This document shows positions 16,287 through 25,188 of a stretch of 33,879 nt of DNA, in pieces; position 1 is the stretch's first letter; each line of letters starts with the position of its first letter. Made by a program: the position numbers and the translations under genes. The notes below the pieces were generated by a model. It searched no databases. It saw nothing but the letters and a program-made list of their open reading frames with translations, and was not told the origin of the DNA. The stretch lies in contig CAZTKH010000001.1 of NCBI GenBank assembly GCA_964613925.1, positions 1-33,879 of the forward strand. Reading direction: 5' to 3'. This stretch comes from an uncultured Candidatus Saccharimonas sp. (lineage in GTDB: Bacteria; Patescibacteriota; Saccharimonadia; Saccharimonadales; Saccharimonadaceae).

Positions 16287-17369
16287 CTATTCTAGGTTTT
16301 GGGATTCCAAAAATGAGTCGATAAAACCATCAATTTCACCACCCAAGACTGCTTGGGTATCAGTCTCTTCATATTTTGTTCTAGTATCTTTTACCAAAGT
16401 ATAAGGATGTAGGACATAATTACGAATTTGAGAACCCCAATTGGCCGATTCACTAGCGCGCAAATCCGCCAAATCAGAAACGTGCTGTTCAAGTTTAAGT
16501 TGCATTAATTTTGATCGCAAAATTTTCATTGCCGTTTCACGATTTTGCAGTTGCGATCTTTCGTTTTGAATTGCAACTACTGTATTTGTAGGAATATGCG
16601 TAATTCTAACCGCACTATCAGTTGTATTTACTGATTGACCACCCTTACCACCAGCGTGATAAACATCAATTTTTAGATCTTTGTCATCAATTTTTACTTC
16701 TTCCGGTTCATCAATTTGTGGCAAAACTTCAACAAGCGCAAAACTAGTTTGCCTTAAATTATCACTGTTAAATGGACTCAAACGCACTAGCCGATGTACA
16801 CCATGTTCACCACGCATTTTTCCATAGGCATTCAACCCTGAAATCTCAATAACACAGGATTTTAAGCCAGCCTCTTCCCCGGCCGAGCTTTCAATAACTT
16901 TTGCAGTCATATTTGATTTCTCAGCCCAGCGCAAATACATTCGTTCGAGCATTTCCGTCCAATCCTGGGCATCCGTTCCGCCAACGCCAGCACTAAGTCT
17001 TAAAATAGCATCCTTGGAATCATATTTTCCTCGAAATAATAAATCTTTACGCAATCTATTAAACTCTTTTTCAAGCGCTTCAAATTCGTGAGTAAATTCC
17101 GGCAATAAACTATCATCACCCAATTTTGTCAAATCAATTAAATCGGCAACTTGGGCTTTTAAGATAATCCAGGGCTCTACAGCATTACTTAACATTGCAA
17201 GTTGTCTGTTTTTTGCCTGAGCTTCATTTGGATTATTCCAAATCTCAGAATTAGACAATTGAGAAGTCAAATCATCAATTTGCTTTTGTTTACCAACAAC
17301 ATCAATTCGCTCAAGAGCGTTAGTAATTTGGGCAAGCAAATTTATAATTTTTTTCTCAAGTGGCGACAT
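16287..17369 (-). CDS. prfB: Peptide chain release factor 2, encoded in a single frame
   Basis: The SPF tripeptide (RLSPFNSDNLRQTSFA) and the GGQ motif (GGKGGQSVNTTDSAVRITHIPT) are present. The ORF is a contiguous 360 aa including the N-terminal region. Confidence 0.95.
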   Translation of the reverse strand: MSPLEKKIINLLAQITNALERIDVVGKQKQIDDLTSQLSNSEIWNNPNEAQAKNRQLAMLSNAVEPWIILKAQVADLIDLTKLGDDSLLPEFTHEFEALEKEFNRLRKDLLFRGKYDSKDAILRLSAGVGGTDAQDWTEMLERMYLRWAEKSNMTAKVIESSAGEEAGLKSCVIEISGLNAYGKMRGEHGVHRLVRLSPFNSDNLRQTSFALVEVLPQIDEPEEVKIDDKDLKIDVYHAGGKGGQSVNTTDSAVRITHIPTNTVVAIQNERSQLQNRETAMKILRSKLMQLKLEQHVSDLADLRASESANWGSQIRNYVLHPYTLVKDTRTKYEETDTQAVLGGEIDGFIDSFLESQNLE

Positions 17370-17375
17370 AATTGA

Positions 17376-18671
17376 TTATAGATTCCTCACTGCTTCGCAA
17401 AATTGCTCACCACGATCAGCATAATTCTTAAACAGACCAAAGCTTGCGCTGGCTGGACTTAATAGCACCACGCCACCCTGCTCACTATTTGACAACATTT
17501 CTTTGGCAAGTTGAACAATTAATTCCATCGTCATATCTTCATTTTTTATAATAACAAAATTCTTAAAATCAGCCTTCAAACAAGCCTGCCCAATCGCCTC
17601 CGCCTCATCACCAATCAATATGGCATAAGCGTCATGTTTAGTAAGTTCAACAGCAAGTTCAGAAAAATCTGAGCCTTTTGAAGACCCGCCTAATATTATC
17701 ACTTTTGGTTTGTCAAACGACCTTAGAGCTGCAATTGCTGAACCGGGAGTTGTTGCAATACTGTCATCGTAAAAGCTAATATTGTTGACTTTGCGAACAA
17801 ATTGAATGCGGTGTGGTAGGCCCTGAAACTTATGTAAGCCTCGCTCAATAACACTATGATCATTAGTAATTTCCCAGATTGCATCAATAGCTGCGCAGGC
17901 ATTATCTAGATTATGAATACCAGTCAATTGCAGGGTATCTATTGAACAAATTTTTTGTTCACCATAGTAAAAACTATCATCTTTTACATGGGCTAAACTT
18001 GTATCTTGAAACCCAATTTTTTTTGCTTTTGAAATACTGGCAATCTCATTACAATATTTATTTGATTTGTTATATACAATTAAATCTCCTGGTTTTTGGT
18101 TCTTAGCAATATTAGCCTTAGCCCCTACATATTCATCCATATCGATATGGACATTTAAGTGCTCTTGCTCAATAAACAGAACTACGGCCACCTGTGGTGA
18201 CTTCTTTAAGTCCCAAAGCTGAAAACTCGACAATTCGTAGACTACAAAATCCTCTGGCTTAACATCTTTTAGAACGTCTAACGCCGGTTTACCGATATTA
18301 CCGATTAGCCAAACTTTTTTACCAGCTTCTTCTAAAATGCTAGCAATTAAACTTGCAGTTGTCCCCTTACCCTTGCTTCCAGTTATGCCAATAATTTTTG
18401 CCGGGCATTTATCAAAAAACTCATTCGTTCCAGACCAAATCTTGCCATCAGTCAAAATTTTTCGAGGCGATAACCCTGGCGTGCGAATAACCATATCAAA
18501 ACCTTGTAGCTTTTCAAAAACTTTTTCGCCAATAATTGAATCGACATCTACTGGAATGGCAATATCGGGCGTAGTCTCATTTACAATCGTGATTTGATTG
18601 TTTGGATCTTGAGAAAAATATCGAAAACTTGACTCACCTTCTACACCATAACCAGCAATTGCAATTCTCAT
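17376..18671 (-). CDS. murD: UDP-N-acetylmuramoylalanine--D-glutamate ligase
   Basis: N-terminal Rossmann region IAIAGYGVEGES and P-loop GITGSKGKGTT are present, with the Mur ligase central and C-terminal domains (GLPHRIQFV). Confidence 0.9.
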   Translation of the reverse strand: MRIAIAGYGVEGESSFRYFSQDPNNQITIVNETTPDIAIPVDVDSIIGEKVFEKLQGFDMVIRTPGLSPRKILTDGKIWSGTNEFFDKCPAKIIGITGSKGKGTTASLIASILEEAGKKVWLIGNIGKPALDVLKDVKPEDFVVYELSSFQLWDLKKSPQVAVVLFIEQEHLNVHIDMDEYVGAKANIAKNQKPGDLIVYNKSNKYCNEIASISKAKKIGFQDTSLAHVKDDSFYYGEQKICSIDTLQLTGIHNLDNACAAIDAIWEITNDHSVIERGLHKFQGLPHRIQFVRKVNNISFYDDSIATTPGSAIAALRSFDKPKVIILGGSSKGSDFSELAVELTKHDAYAILIGDEAEAIGQACLKADFKNFVIIKNEDMTMELIVQLAKEMLSNSEQGGVVLLSPASASFGLFKNYADRGEQFCEAVRNL

Positions 18672-18683
18672 TTCTATAACTCC

Positions 18684-19979
18684 TTATTGATAAGCTTTAA
18701 ATAATGGCTCAATTTTTTCATTCAAATCAACTAATTCTTGGCGATCACCACTACTAACTGCCGCAAAAACCCATTTATCTTCTTTCATAAAACTTCTTGC
18801 GGTTTCTACAATCCGCTCAAGAGTAACTCTCTTTATCATTTCTGGAACCTTTTCATAATCCTTTATTATACCGTCATAAAGATATCGCTGCGTATAAAAT
18901 GCTCGAATTTGCGAAACAGACTGTGCCCCCATTTGATATCTACCAAGCGCAAATGATTTAGCAGCATCAAGTTCATCTTGCCTGATTTTTCCATCCAAAA
19001 CATTTTTCAATTCTTTGGTAATAATTTCAAAAAGTGCGTCAGCCGATTCGTGATTTACCTGACCAAGAATATCCCAACAACTTGCCGTACCCTTTGGACC
19101 AGCCGCCGCATATGCCTCAATATTATAGGCTAAGCCCTTTTTTCTGGCAGCACCAAAGATACGTGAATAAAAAGTCCCCGTTAAAATGTGATTAAGATAA
19201 TGCATCGCATCAAGCTCTTCTTCGCTAAGTTCACGTTCAACCGCCATAAACAAGCCAAACGTTAAATTTGTTGCATCTTTGCGTCTAATAACAGTCGGCG
19301 CAGATTTAATCAACTCATCCCTAGGAACTTCAAAACGTTCGCCTTCTTTTAGTTCAAAACTTTCAATAATCCGTTTAATTATCTTTTTACGGCCCTTCAT
19401 TTTACCAGCAATAACAAAGCGCATATTCTTTGTGGTATGGGTTCTGCGATGATGTTCTTTGACATCTGCAAGCGTTACGTTAGCTATTGTAGAAATCGAT
19501 TGACGATAAGTTAAAACATCCTCACCCAATAACTGTTGAACTCTGGTATACAAAATTCGCTCATGATCATTAAGATGATTTGTAAGTTCATTTTTAATAT
19601 TGCCTTTTTCAGCATCAAGTTTTGTCTCTTCAAAACGCGGTTGACAAATAGCAACCTTCTGAAGCTCCATAATTCTGTCCCACTCAAAATCAGCGCATTC
19701 AGCCTCATAAATCATCGATAAATCGCTAGTAGAGGCATTGAGATAAGCGCCATTTTTTGTAAACTCGTAATCAAAATCGTTTTCGGATTTAAACCGAGCA
19801 TTTGCACCGTAAGCCATATGCTCCATAATATGGGCGACTTGTTCAATATCTTTTGATTTAGCATACCGATTACCAGCCCTAAACTGAAACTGCATACTCA
19901 TCATCGTAGCGTCTGGGACATTAATTAATAAGCCCCTCGCCCCATTTTTTAAAACTATTTCTTCAACGGTATGTTTCAT
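18684..19979 (-). CDS. M16 (pitrilysin/insulinase) family zinc peptidase
   Basis: The inverted zinc motif HxxEH is present as VAHIMEHMAY. The two-lobed M16 length is 431 aa. Confidence 0.85.
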   Translation of the reverse strand: MKHTVEEIVLKNGARGLLINVPDATMMSMQFQFRAGNRYAKSKDIEQVAHIMEHMAYGANARFKSENDFDYEFTKNGAYLNASTSDLSMIYEAECADFEWDRIMELQKVAICQPRFEETKLDAEKGNIKNELTNHLNDHERILYTRVQQLLGEDVLTYRQSISTIANVTLADVKEHHRRTHTTKNMRFVIAGKMKGRKKIIKRIIESFELKEGERFEVPRDELIKSAPTVIRRKDATNLTFGLFMAVERELSEEELDAMHYLNHILTGTFYSRIFGAARKKGLAYNIEAYAAAGPKGTASCWDILGQVNHESADALFEIITKELKNVLDGKIRQDELDAAKSFALGRYQMGAQSVSQIRAFYTQRYLYDGIIKDYEKVPEMIKRVTLERIVETARSFMKEDKWVFAAVSSGDRQELVDLNEKIEPLFKAYQ

Positions 19980-20004
19980 TACAGCAAAAACTTTCTAAAA
20001 TTAA

Positions 20005-22626
20005 TTATTTTCGGCTCTTTTTTCGATTTTGTCGCTGTGATTTCTTTTTCTTGCGAGCTAAATTTTTACGATGGTTTGCGTCATTGATTGTGCCAGATTT
20101 TTTTACCTTAAAATCATTATCTCGATTTACTTCGCCTTCGCTAATCTCGTTAACACCTTTTTCAACAGCTTTTTCAGCCAAACGAGTTAATTCGGTTTCA
20201 TGATCTTCTTCGGTTCTTACGACAATATCACTTGTACGAACATGCATAATTGCACGCAAAACCTCTTCACATAAAGTCGCCTGTAAACTGTCAAAGAGTT
20301 TTTGAGATTCACTGCGATATTCAACCAATGGATCACGTTGACCAACACTTCTCCAATGAATTCCTTCGCGCAAATGTTGCATATTTTCCAAATGCTGCAT
20401 CCAAAGTGTATCAAGAACCTGCAAATATATTTCGCGTTCAACTTTTCGGATTATTTTATCACTAAGTTCGTTCTCTTTGGTTTCATAATAATCACCAACA
20501 AGTTTTTTTGCTTTTTCAAAACGAGTTTTGTCATTTTTTTCTTCGCCAAGAGCCTTAATATCGGCCTCTTCAATTGGGAAAATTTGCTCAAACTCTGCCA
20601 CAAAATTCTTATTATTTTTTGTTGGCAACGCTGTTAATTCATGCAATTTTTGAATTAGTAGTTTTTGAATTTCAGGCTTAATGCTATCGCCTTCTAAAAT
20701 CTTGCGGCGAACCGTATAAACTACTCGACGATGACGATTAATAACATTGTCATACTGAACAACATTTTTGCGAGTATCAAAGTTATAACCTTCAACTCTT
20801 TTTTGAGCAGCTTCAAGAGTCTTCGAAACAGCTTTATTTTGAATCGGCGTATCTTCATCAATACCAAGCCTATCCATCAAAGCCGCAATTCTTTCACCTT
20901 GGAAAATTCGCATTAAATCATCTTCGGTTGAAACATAAAATTGACTTTCGCCCGGATCACCTTGACGACCGCCACGACCACGCAGCTGATTATCAATACG
21001 GCGCGATTCATGCCTCTCAGAGCCAAGAACTACTAAACCACCTAGCTCAATTACTTCTTTGCTTAATTTAATATCAGTACCACGACCAGCAATGTTTGTT
21101 GCTAAAGTAATCGCACCTTTTTGACCAGCTTTTTCGACAATCGCAGCTTCTCGTTCATTATTTTTGGCATTTAATATCTCATAAGGAATATTTTCTTTAT
21201 CTAAATATGATGCAATCAATTCATTTTTTGCAATTGACGCAGAGCCCACCAAAACCGGACGACCAACTTTATGATATTCTGCAATAGCGGCAGCAACAGC
21301 TTTAAGTTTCGCTTTTTCGGTTTTAAAGATTAAATCACCTTTATCATTACGAACCATCGGTCGATTAGTTGGAATTTGAACAACATCCAAACTATAAATT
21401 TGCTGAAACTCTTCTGCTTCCGTAAAAGCCGTTCCGGTCATACCAGATAATTTTTTGTAAAGTCGGAAATAATTCTGGAATGAAATCGTAGCGAGAGTCA
21501 TACTTTCTTGCAAAACTGGCACAGCCTCTTTAGCTTCAATCGCCTGATGTAAGCCTTCGTTATAACGACGACCCTGCATTAAACGTCCAGTAAACTCATC
21601 AACAATAATAACTTCGCCTTCTTTTGTTACCACATAATCTTTGTCGCGTTTAAATAATGTCTGCGCTCGCAAAGCTTGATCCATGTGATAAACCGAACGC
21701 ACATAATCAGGGCTATATAGGTTATCAATGCCAAGCATTTTTTGAACTTTTTCAACGCCAGCATCAGTCAATGCAACCGTACGATGTTTTTCATCAAGGA
21801 TATAATCATCAACATCTAATTTTGCGGCAATTTTTGCAAACTGATAATAACTGTCTGGATTTTCTGCTGCCGGAGCGCTAATAATAAGCGGCGTTCTAGC
21901 CTCATCAATCAAGATACTATCGACTTCATCAACGATGGCAAAATTTAGTTCACGCTGTCTTAACAAACTGGCATCATTAACCATGTTATCGCGCAAATAA
22001 TCAAAGCCAAATTCATTGTTTGTGCCATAAGTAACATCAGCGTCGTAAGCCTCTTTTCGAGTTGCTGGACGTAATTTGCGCATTCTTTCGTCGCTATGTT
22101 TTTCATTATCGTAGCTTGGATCATAGATAAACGAAGCTTCATTAATAATCACGCCAACTTTTAGACCCAAAAAGTCATAAATACCGCCCATCCAGCTAGC
22201 ATCGCGCTGAGCAAGGTAATCGTTAACCGTGACAACATGAACACCCTTGCCCTCAAGTGCGTTCAAATAAACCGGCAAGGTTGCGACCAACGTCTTACCT
22301 TCACCAGTTTTCATTTCGGCAACGCTACCTTCGTGCAAAACAATACCGCCAACTAATTGGACATCAAAATGACGTTGTTTTAATACCCTGGTGCTTGCTT
22401 CGCGGACAACAGCAAAAGCATCCGATAATATCGAGTCAAGCGTAACACCTTTTTCTTGTAATCGTTTTTTTAATATTTCTGTCTGTTTTTTTAATTCTTT
22501 ATCAGACATTTTCTGATATTTATCAGCCAAAACATTAATAGATTGGATTTTTTTAGAAATACGCTTTAAAGTCCGCGCCTGTGGATCACCAAAAACCTTG
22601 GTTAATATATTCTTTTTACTTGCCAT
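20005..22626 (-). CDS. secA: Preprotein translocase ATPase SecA
   Basis: AEMKTGEGKTLVATLP (Walker A), VTVNDYLAQRD, DEVDSILIDEARTPLIIS and TNIAGRGTDIKL are present. The protein is 873 aa. The C-terminus is a K/R-rich tail without the Cys/His zinc-binding motif. Confidence 0.97.
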   Translation of the reverse strand: MASKKNILTKVFGDPQARTLKRISKKIQSINVLADKYQKMSDKELKKQTEILKKRLQEKGVTLDSILSDAFAVVREASTRVLKQRHFDVQLVGGIVLHEGSVAEMKTGEGKTLVATLPVYLNALEGKGVHVVTVNDYLAQRDASWMGGIYDFLGLKVGVIINEASFIYDPSYDNEKHSDERMRKLRPATRKEAYDADVTYGTNNEFGFDYLRDNMVNDASLLRQRELNFAIVDEVDSILIDEARTPLIISAPAAENPDSYYQFAKIAAKLDVDDYILDEKHRTVALTDAGVEKVQKMLGIDNLYSPDYVRSVYHMDQALRAQTLFKRDKDYVVTKEGEVIIVDEFTGRLMQGRRYNEGLHQAIEAKEAVPVLQESMTLATISFQNYFRLYKKLSGMTGTAFTEAEEFQQIYSLDVVQIPTNRPMVRNDKGDLIFKTEKAKLKAVAAAIAEYHKVGRPVLVGSASIAKNELIASYLDKENIPYEILNAKNNEREAAIVEKAGQKGAITLATNIAGRGTDIKLSKEVIELGGLVVLGSERHESRRIDNQLRGRGGRQGDPGESQFYVSTEDDLMRIFQGERIAALMDRLGIDEDTPIQNKAVSKTLEAAQKRVEGYNFDTRKNVVQYDNVINRHRRVVYTVRRKILEGDSIKPEIQKLLIQKLHELTALPTKNNKNFVAEFEQIFPIEEADIKALGEEKNDKTRFEKAKKLVGDYYETKENELSDKIIRKVEREIYLQVLDTLWMQHLENMQHLREGIHWRSVGQRDPLVEYRSESQKLFDSLQATLCEEVLRAIMHVRTSDIVVRTEEDHETELTRLAEKAVEKGVNEISEGEVNRDNDFKVKKSGTINDANHRKNLARKKKKSQRQNRKKSRK

Positions 22627-22680
22627 AAAAAACCGTCACTCCCCTAATTAGAAAAATTCTAAAGTCAAATACTGCCCTTA

Positions 22681-22709
22681 ATTATAAGGCTAGAGAGTTA
22701 AATACACAA
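22681..22709 (-). promoter_or_regulatory. Candidate secA promoter (TTGTGT-17 nt-TATAAT)
   Basis: The minus strand reads TTGTGTatttaactctctagcctTATAAT. The -35 lies at 22709-22704 and the -10 at 22686-22681, just downstream of the hpf stop. Confidence 0.4.
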
Positions 22710-22720
22710 GAAAATTACAT

Positions 22721-23092
22721 CTATAATTGTTTGTTTGGAGTGCGCTTGAATCGACTAAGCAATTTGTTTTTGCCAAGATGTGGCTGAACTGAACTTTTAT
22801 AGGTCCTAAGTTGTGCCATTATCTTTGCTTCAACAATATCAATGGCCGCCATAATATTAATGGTCGAATCCTTGGCTGTAATCGTCTTGCCAGGAACATT
22901 TAGGATTACTTCTACTTCATATTTATTGCCATGAGCATGGTTAACTTGAGATAAAATCACTTCAGCCGAGGCGGTTCGACGAGCATGTCTGGGTAAATAT
23001 CGATCCAATCGACCAATCCTTTTTAAAGCATACTTTCGAGTAATGTCGTCAATTTCATAAGAATTACTCTTTATTTGAATTGATGTAATCAT
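22721..23092 (-). CDS. hpf: Ribosome hibernation promoting factor / RaiA family (short form)
   Basis: ITSIQIKSNSYEIDDITRKYALKRIGRLDRYL...YEVEVILNVPGKTITAKDSTINIMAAIDIVEAKIMAQLRTYK. The SD AGGAGGG lies 4 nt upstream of the ATG. Confidence 0.88.
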   Translation of the reverse strand: MITSIQIKSNSYEIDDITRKYALKRIGRLDRYLPRHARRTASAEVILSQVNHAHGNKYEVEVILNVPGKTITAKDSTINIMAAIDIVEAKIMAQLRTYKSSVQPHLGKNKLLSRFKRTPNKQL

Positions 23093-23207
23093 ATCGCCCT
23101 CCTATATTATTTGGTTGATACTACTATTATATAACAAATACGCTAATGAATTATTGAATATCACCGTTAAAACATCTAAAATAAATGACTTAGCAATATT
23201 TTTCACT

Positions 23208-23237
23208 AAAAAAAGAGCGCTTCTATCGCGAGCGCTC
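23208..23237 (-). terminator. Rho-independent terminator of the small-ORF unit
   Basis: The minus strand reads gagcgct-cgcgataga-agcgctc followed by T7. On plus-strand coordinates the 7-bp GC-rich stem is 23215-23221 / 23231-23237 and the A7 run is 23208-23214. Two further short hairpins lie between it and the stop: gttgca/tgcaac at 23240-23254 and ggaga/tctcc at 23258-23270. Confidence 0.7.
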
Positions 23238-23271
23238 ATGTTGCAAAATGCAACGCGGGAGAATATCTCCA

Positions 23272-23604
23272 TCAGTGGTCTTCGGCCAATATCCTGTCAA
23301 TCTCAGGCCAAAGATGATAATCGTGAATTACCTCCAAGAGGCGGCTGACCTTAGCAGCATGGGCCAAAACAGAACATTCAGCGCTTCTTGCAGACACCAA
23401 ACACCCCAACAGTTTCGACCTAAGGCTTAAATTGATCCGAGATTCAATCAGTTCCGTAGCTTCGCCTCTCAGCGAACTAGAACAGATATAACCAAGAACC
23501 TCTTCGAGATCATCATCCTCACAGCGCGGAAATTCCGTAGCCCGGACAGGAACTGGATCCAAAGCCCTAACCAATAAATCGAAAATCTTTTCTGACTTAG
23601 ACAT
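23272..23604 (-). CDS. Hypothetical 110-aa acidic, Cys-containing, probably all-helical protein; no family recognised
   Basis: I prefer the ATG at 23604, which is preceded by GGAGGG with a 3-nt spacer, over the track start at 23667, which has no SD. The sequence is MSKSEKIFDLLVRALDPVPVRATEFPRCEDDDLEEVLGYICSSS...SRLLEVIHDYHLWPEIDRILAEDH. It has its own promoter-like element and terminator. G+C is higher than in neighbouring genes. Confidence 0.55.
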   Translation of the reverse strand: MSKSEKIFDLLVRALDPVPVRATEFPRCEDDDLEEVLGYICSSSLRGEATELIESRINLSLRSKLLGCLVSARSAECSVLAHAAKVSRLLEVIHDYHLWPEIDRILAEDH

Positions 23605-23670
23605 AGGCCCTCCTACAGCCAATAGATTTAAATTTACCATTTTTTGGCATCTATTAGCCCTACTCATTCT

Positions 23671-23709
23671 TAAGGTTATGGAATTATATAGCTATAAACA
23701 ATAACCTTA
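23671..23709. repeat. 9-bp perfect inverted repeat (taaggttat ... ataacctta) with a 21-nt spacer, in the leader of the small-ORF unit
   Basis: The arms lie at 23671-23679 and 23701-23709, immediately downstream of the predicted -10 on the minus strand. It could be a 5'-terminal RNA stem-loop or an operator. Confidence 0.5.
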
Positions 23710-23718
23710 TTGATAAAT

Positions 23719-23747
23719 ATTATTGCACAAAAATATTATTTTGTCAA
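23719..23747 (-). promoter_or_regulatory. Candidate promoter of the small-ORF unit (TTGACA-17 nt-AATAAT with TGc extended -10)
   Basis: The minus strand reads TTGACAaaataatatttttgTGcAATAAT. The -35 lies at 23747-23742 and the -10 at 23724-23719. Confidence 0.45.
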
Positions 23748-23851
23748 TCAGATCAAACTAACAAAAGATTTTAATAAATTGATTGCATCCTAAATAGACT
23801 GCTTAAATTAATAAACGATAAATAAGTTATCTTTTTGTTGTTCTATTAGCC

Positions 23852-25150
23852 TTATAAGGTTTCGCGATTGGCAAGGTATGGGCGCAAAACTTCTGGGATT
23901 TTGACACTGCCATCAGCCATTTGATTATTTTCAATAATTGCAATCATAATTCGGCCCAACGCAAAGGCGGTCGCATCATTAGTATGAATCAATTCAACAT
24001 CACCGTTAGATCTTCGAACGCGAGTATTTAACCGGCGCGCCTGATAGTCGGTCATATAATCGGCAGTGTGCGTTTCACGATATTTTCCTTGACCAGGCAA
24101 CCAAGCTTCCATATCAATCCCCCTGGCATTTGGCTTACCGATATCAAAAGTACATTTTTGAATAACTCGATATGGTAATCCTAATTGTGACAATAAATAT
24201 TCTTGAACGCCAACAAATAACAAATGTTCATTTAAACCATCTTCGGCGACCGAGAAACTCTCAATTTCAAGCTTGTCAAACTGGTGCATCCTAAAAATGC
24301 CTTCCATGTCTTTGCCATATGTTCCAGCCTCACGTCGAAAACTACTTGCATAACCTACATAGCGAATTGGCAGCTCGGCTTCATCAAACATCTCGTTAGC
24401 ATGCATACTTCCTAGAACATGTTCTGCGCTACCTTGTAGCCATAATTCATCACCATCAAGTTTATATCTCTGATCACGAGGCTCTAACCTATCCATGGCA
24501 TCAAACATCTCAGTGCGAATCATAAGTGGCGGCAAAATTGGAACAAACGGCTTGCTCGAGGCTTGAATCCCGGCCTTAGCAAGTATTTCATTTACTTTTG
24601 ATTCATCGCTTAGGGTATTAATCACAAATTGAATTATTGCAAACTGTAATTTAACCATATCACCTTCAATATAAGCAAAACGGCTACCTGCTACCTTGGC
24701 GGCACGTTCTTTATCTATCCAACCATGAATGGCGGCAACTTCAGCGTGATTACGTGGTTGAAAATCGAATGTAGGAATTTCGCCAACGGTTTTTACCACT
24801 CGATTCTCTTCTTCGGTAAGTCCAACCGGAACATCAGAAAGTGCCATATTTGGAACCAATTTTAAAATATCAGTATAACTGTCATCGATTTCTTTTAGCA
24901 TTGGTTCAATTTTTGATAATTTATCCTTGATTTGTTTACCATCAGCAATTTGTTCATCAGTCGGACGACTACCCTTTGCAGATGCAATATTTGCATTACG
25001 GCGCTGTCTTAAATCATCAACTTGAGATTGTACACTACGGCGATCTTCATCAAGTTTAAGTAACTGAGAAATATCAACTTTATAACCTTTATTGATTGCA
25101 TTTTTCTGAACCGCCTCAGCGTTTTCTCGGATAAATCGAATGTCTAACAT
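23852..25150 (-). CDS. serS: Serine--tRNA ligase
   Basis: MLDIRFIRENAEAV is followed by an N-terminal coiled-coil arm. Class II motifs SSFRREAGTYGKDMEGIFRMHQFDKLE and TNDATAFALGR are present. The protein is 432 aa. Confidence 0.96.
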   Translation of the reverse strand: MLDIRFIRENAEAVQKNAINKGYKVDISQLLKLDEDRRSVQSQVDDLRQRRNANIASAKGSRPTDEQIADGKQIKDKLSKIEPMLKEIDDSYTDILKLVPNMALSDVPVGLTEEENRVVKTVGEIPTFDFQPRNHAEVAAIHGWIDKERAAKVAGSRFAYIEGDMVKLQFAIIQFVINTLSDESKVNEILAKAGIQASSKPFVPILPPLMIRTEMFDAMDRLEPRDQRYKLDGDELWLQGSAEHVLGSMHANEMFDEAELPIRYVGYASSFRREAGTYGKDMEGIFRMHQFDKLEIESFSVAEDGLNEHLLFVGVQEYLLSQLGLPYRVIQKCTFDIGKPNARGIDMEAWLPGQGKYRETHTADYMTDYQARRLNTRVRRSNGDVELIHTNDATAFALGRIMIAIIENNQMADGSVKIPEVLRPYLANRETL

Positions 25151-25188
25151 ATTATTATTGTACCAGATTATATTTTATATAGATTATT

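Noticed and set aside
16287-17369. Alternative genetic code (UGA reassigned, as in some CPR lineages).
   Set aside because: RF2 is present and intact, and TGA ends several well-delimited genes, including ATGA stop/start overlaps.
20005-20100. The SecA C-terminal K/R-rich tail lacking the Cys/His zinc-binding motif.
   Set aside because: Absence of the SecB-binding zinc finger is common in bacteria without SecB, so it is not evidence of anything unusual.
23221-23640. The GC-richer segment as a structured RNA gene (tmRNA, RNase P RNA, SRP RNA or 6S).
   Set aside because: I found no GGAAAGTCC / ACAGAA..CGGCTTA RNase P boxes on either strand. There is no tmRNA 5' GGGG...TTCGAC plus 3' T-arm/CCA pairing, and no SRP GGAA-tetraloop helix 8 motif. 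An SD-preceded ORF fills the segment. A covariance-model scan is still needed to be sure.
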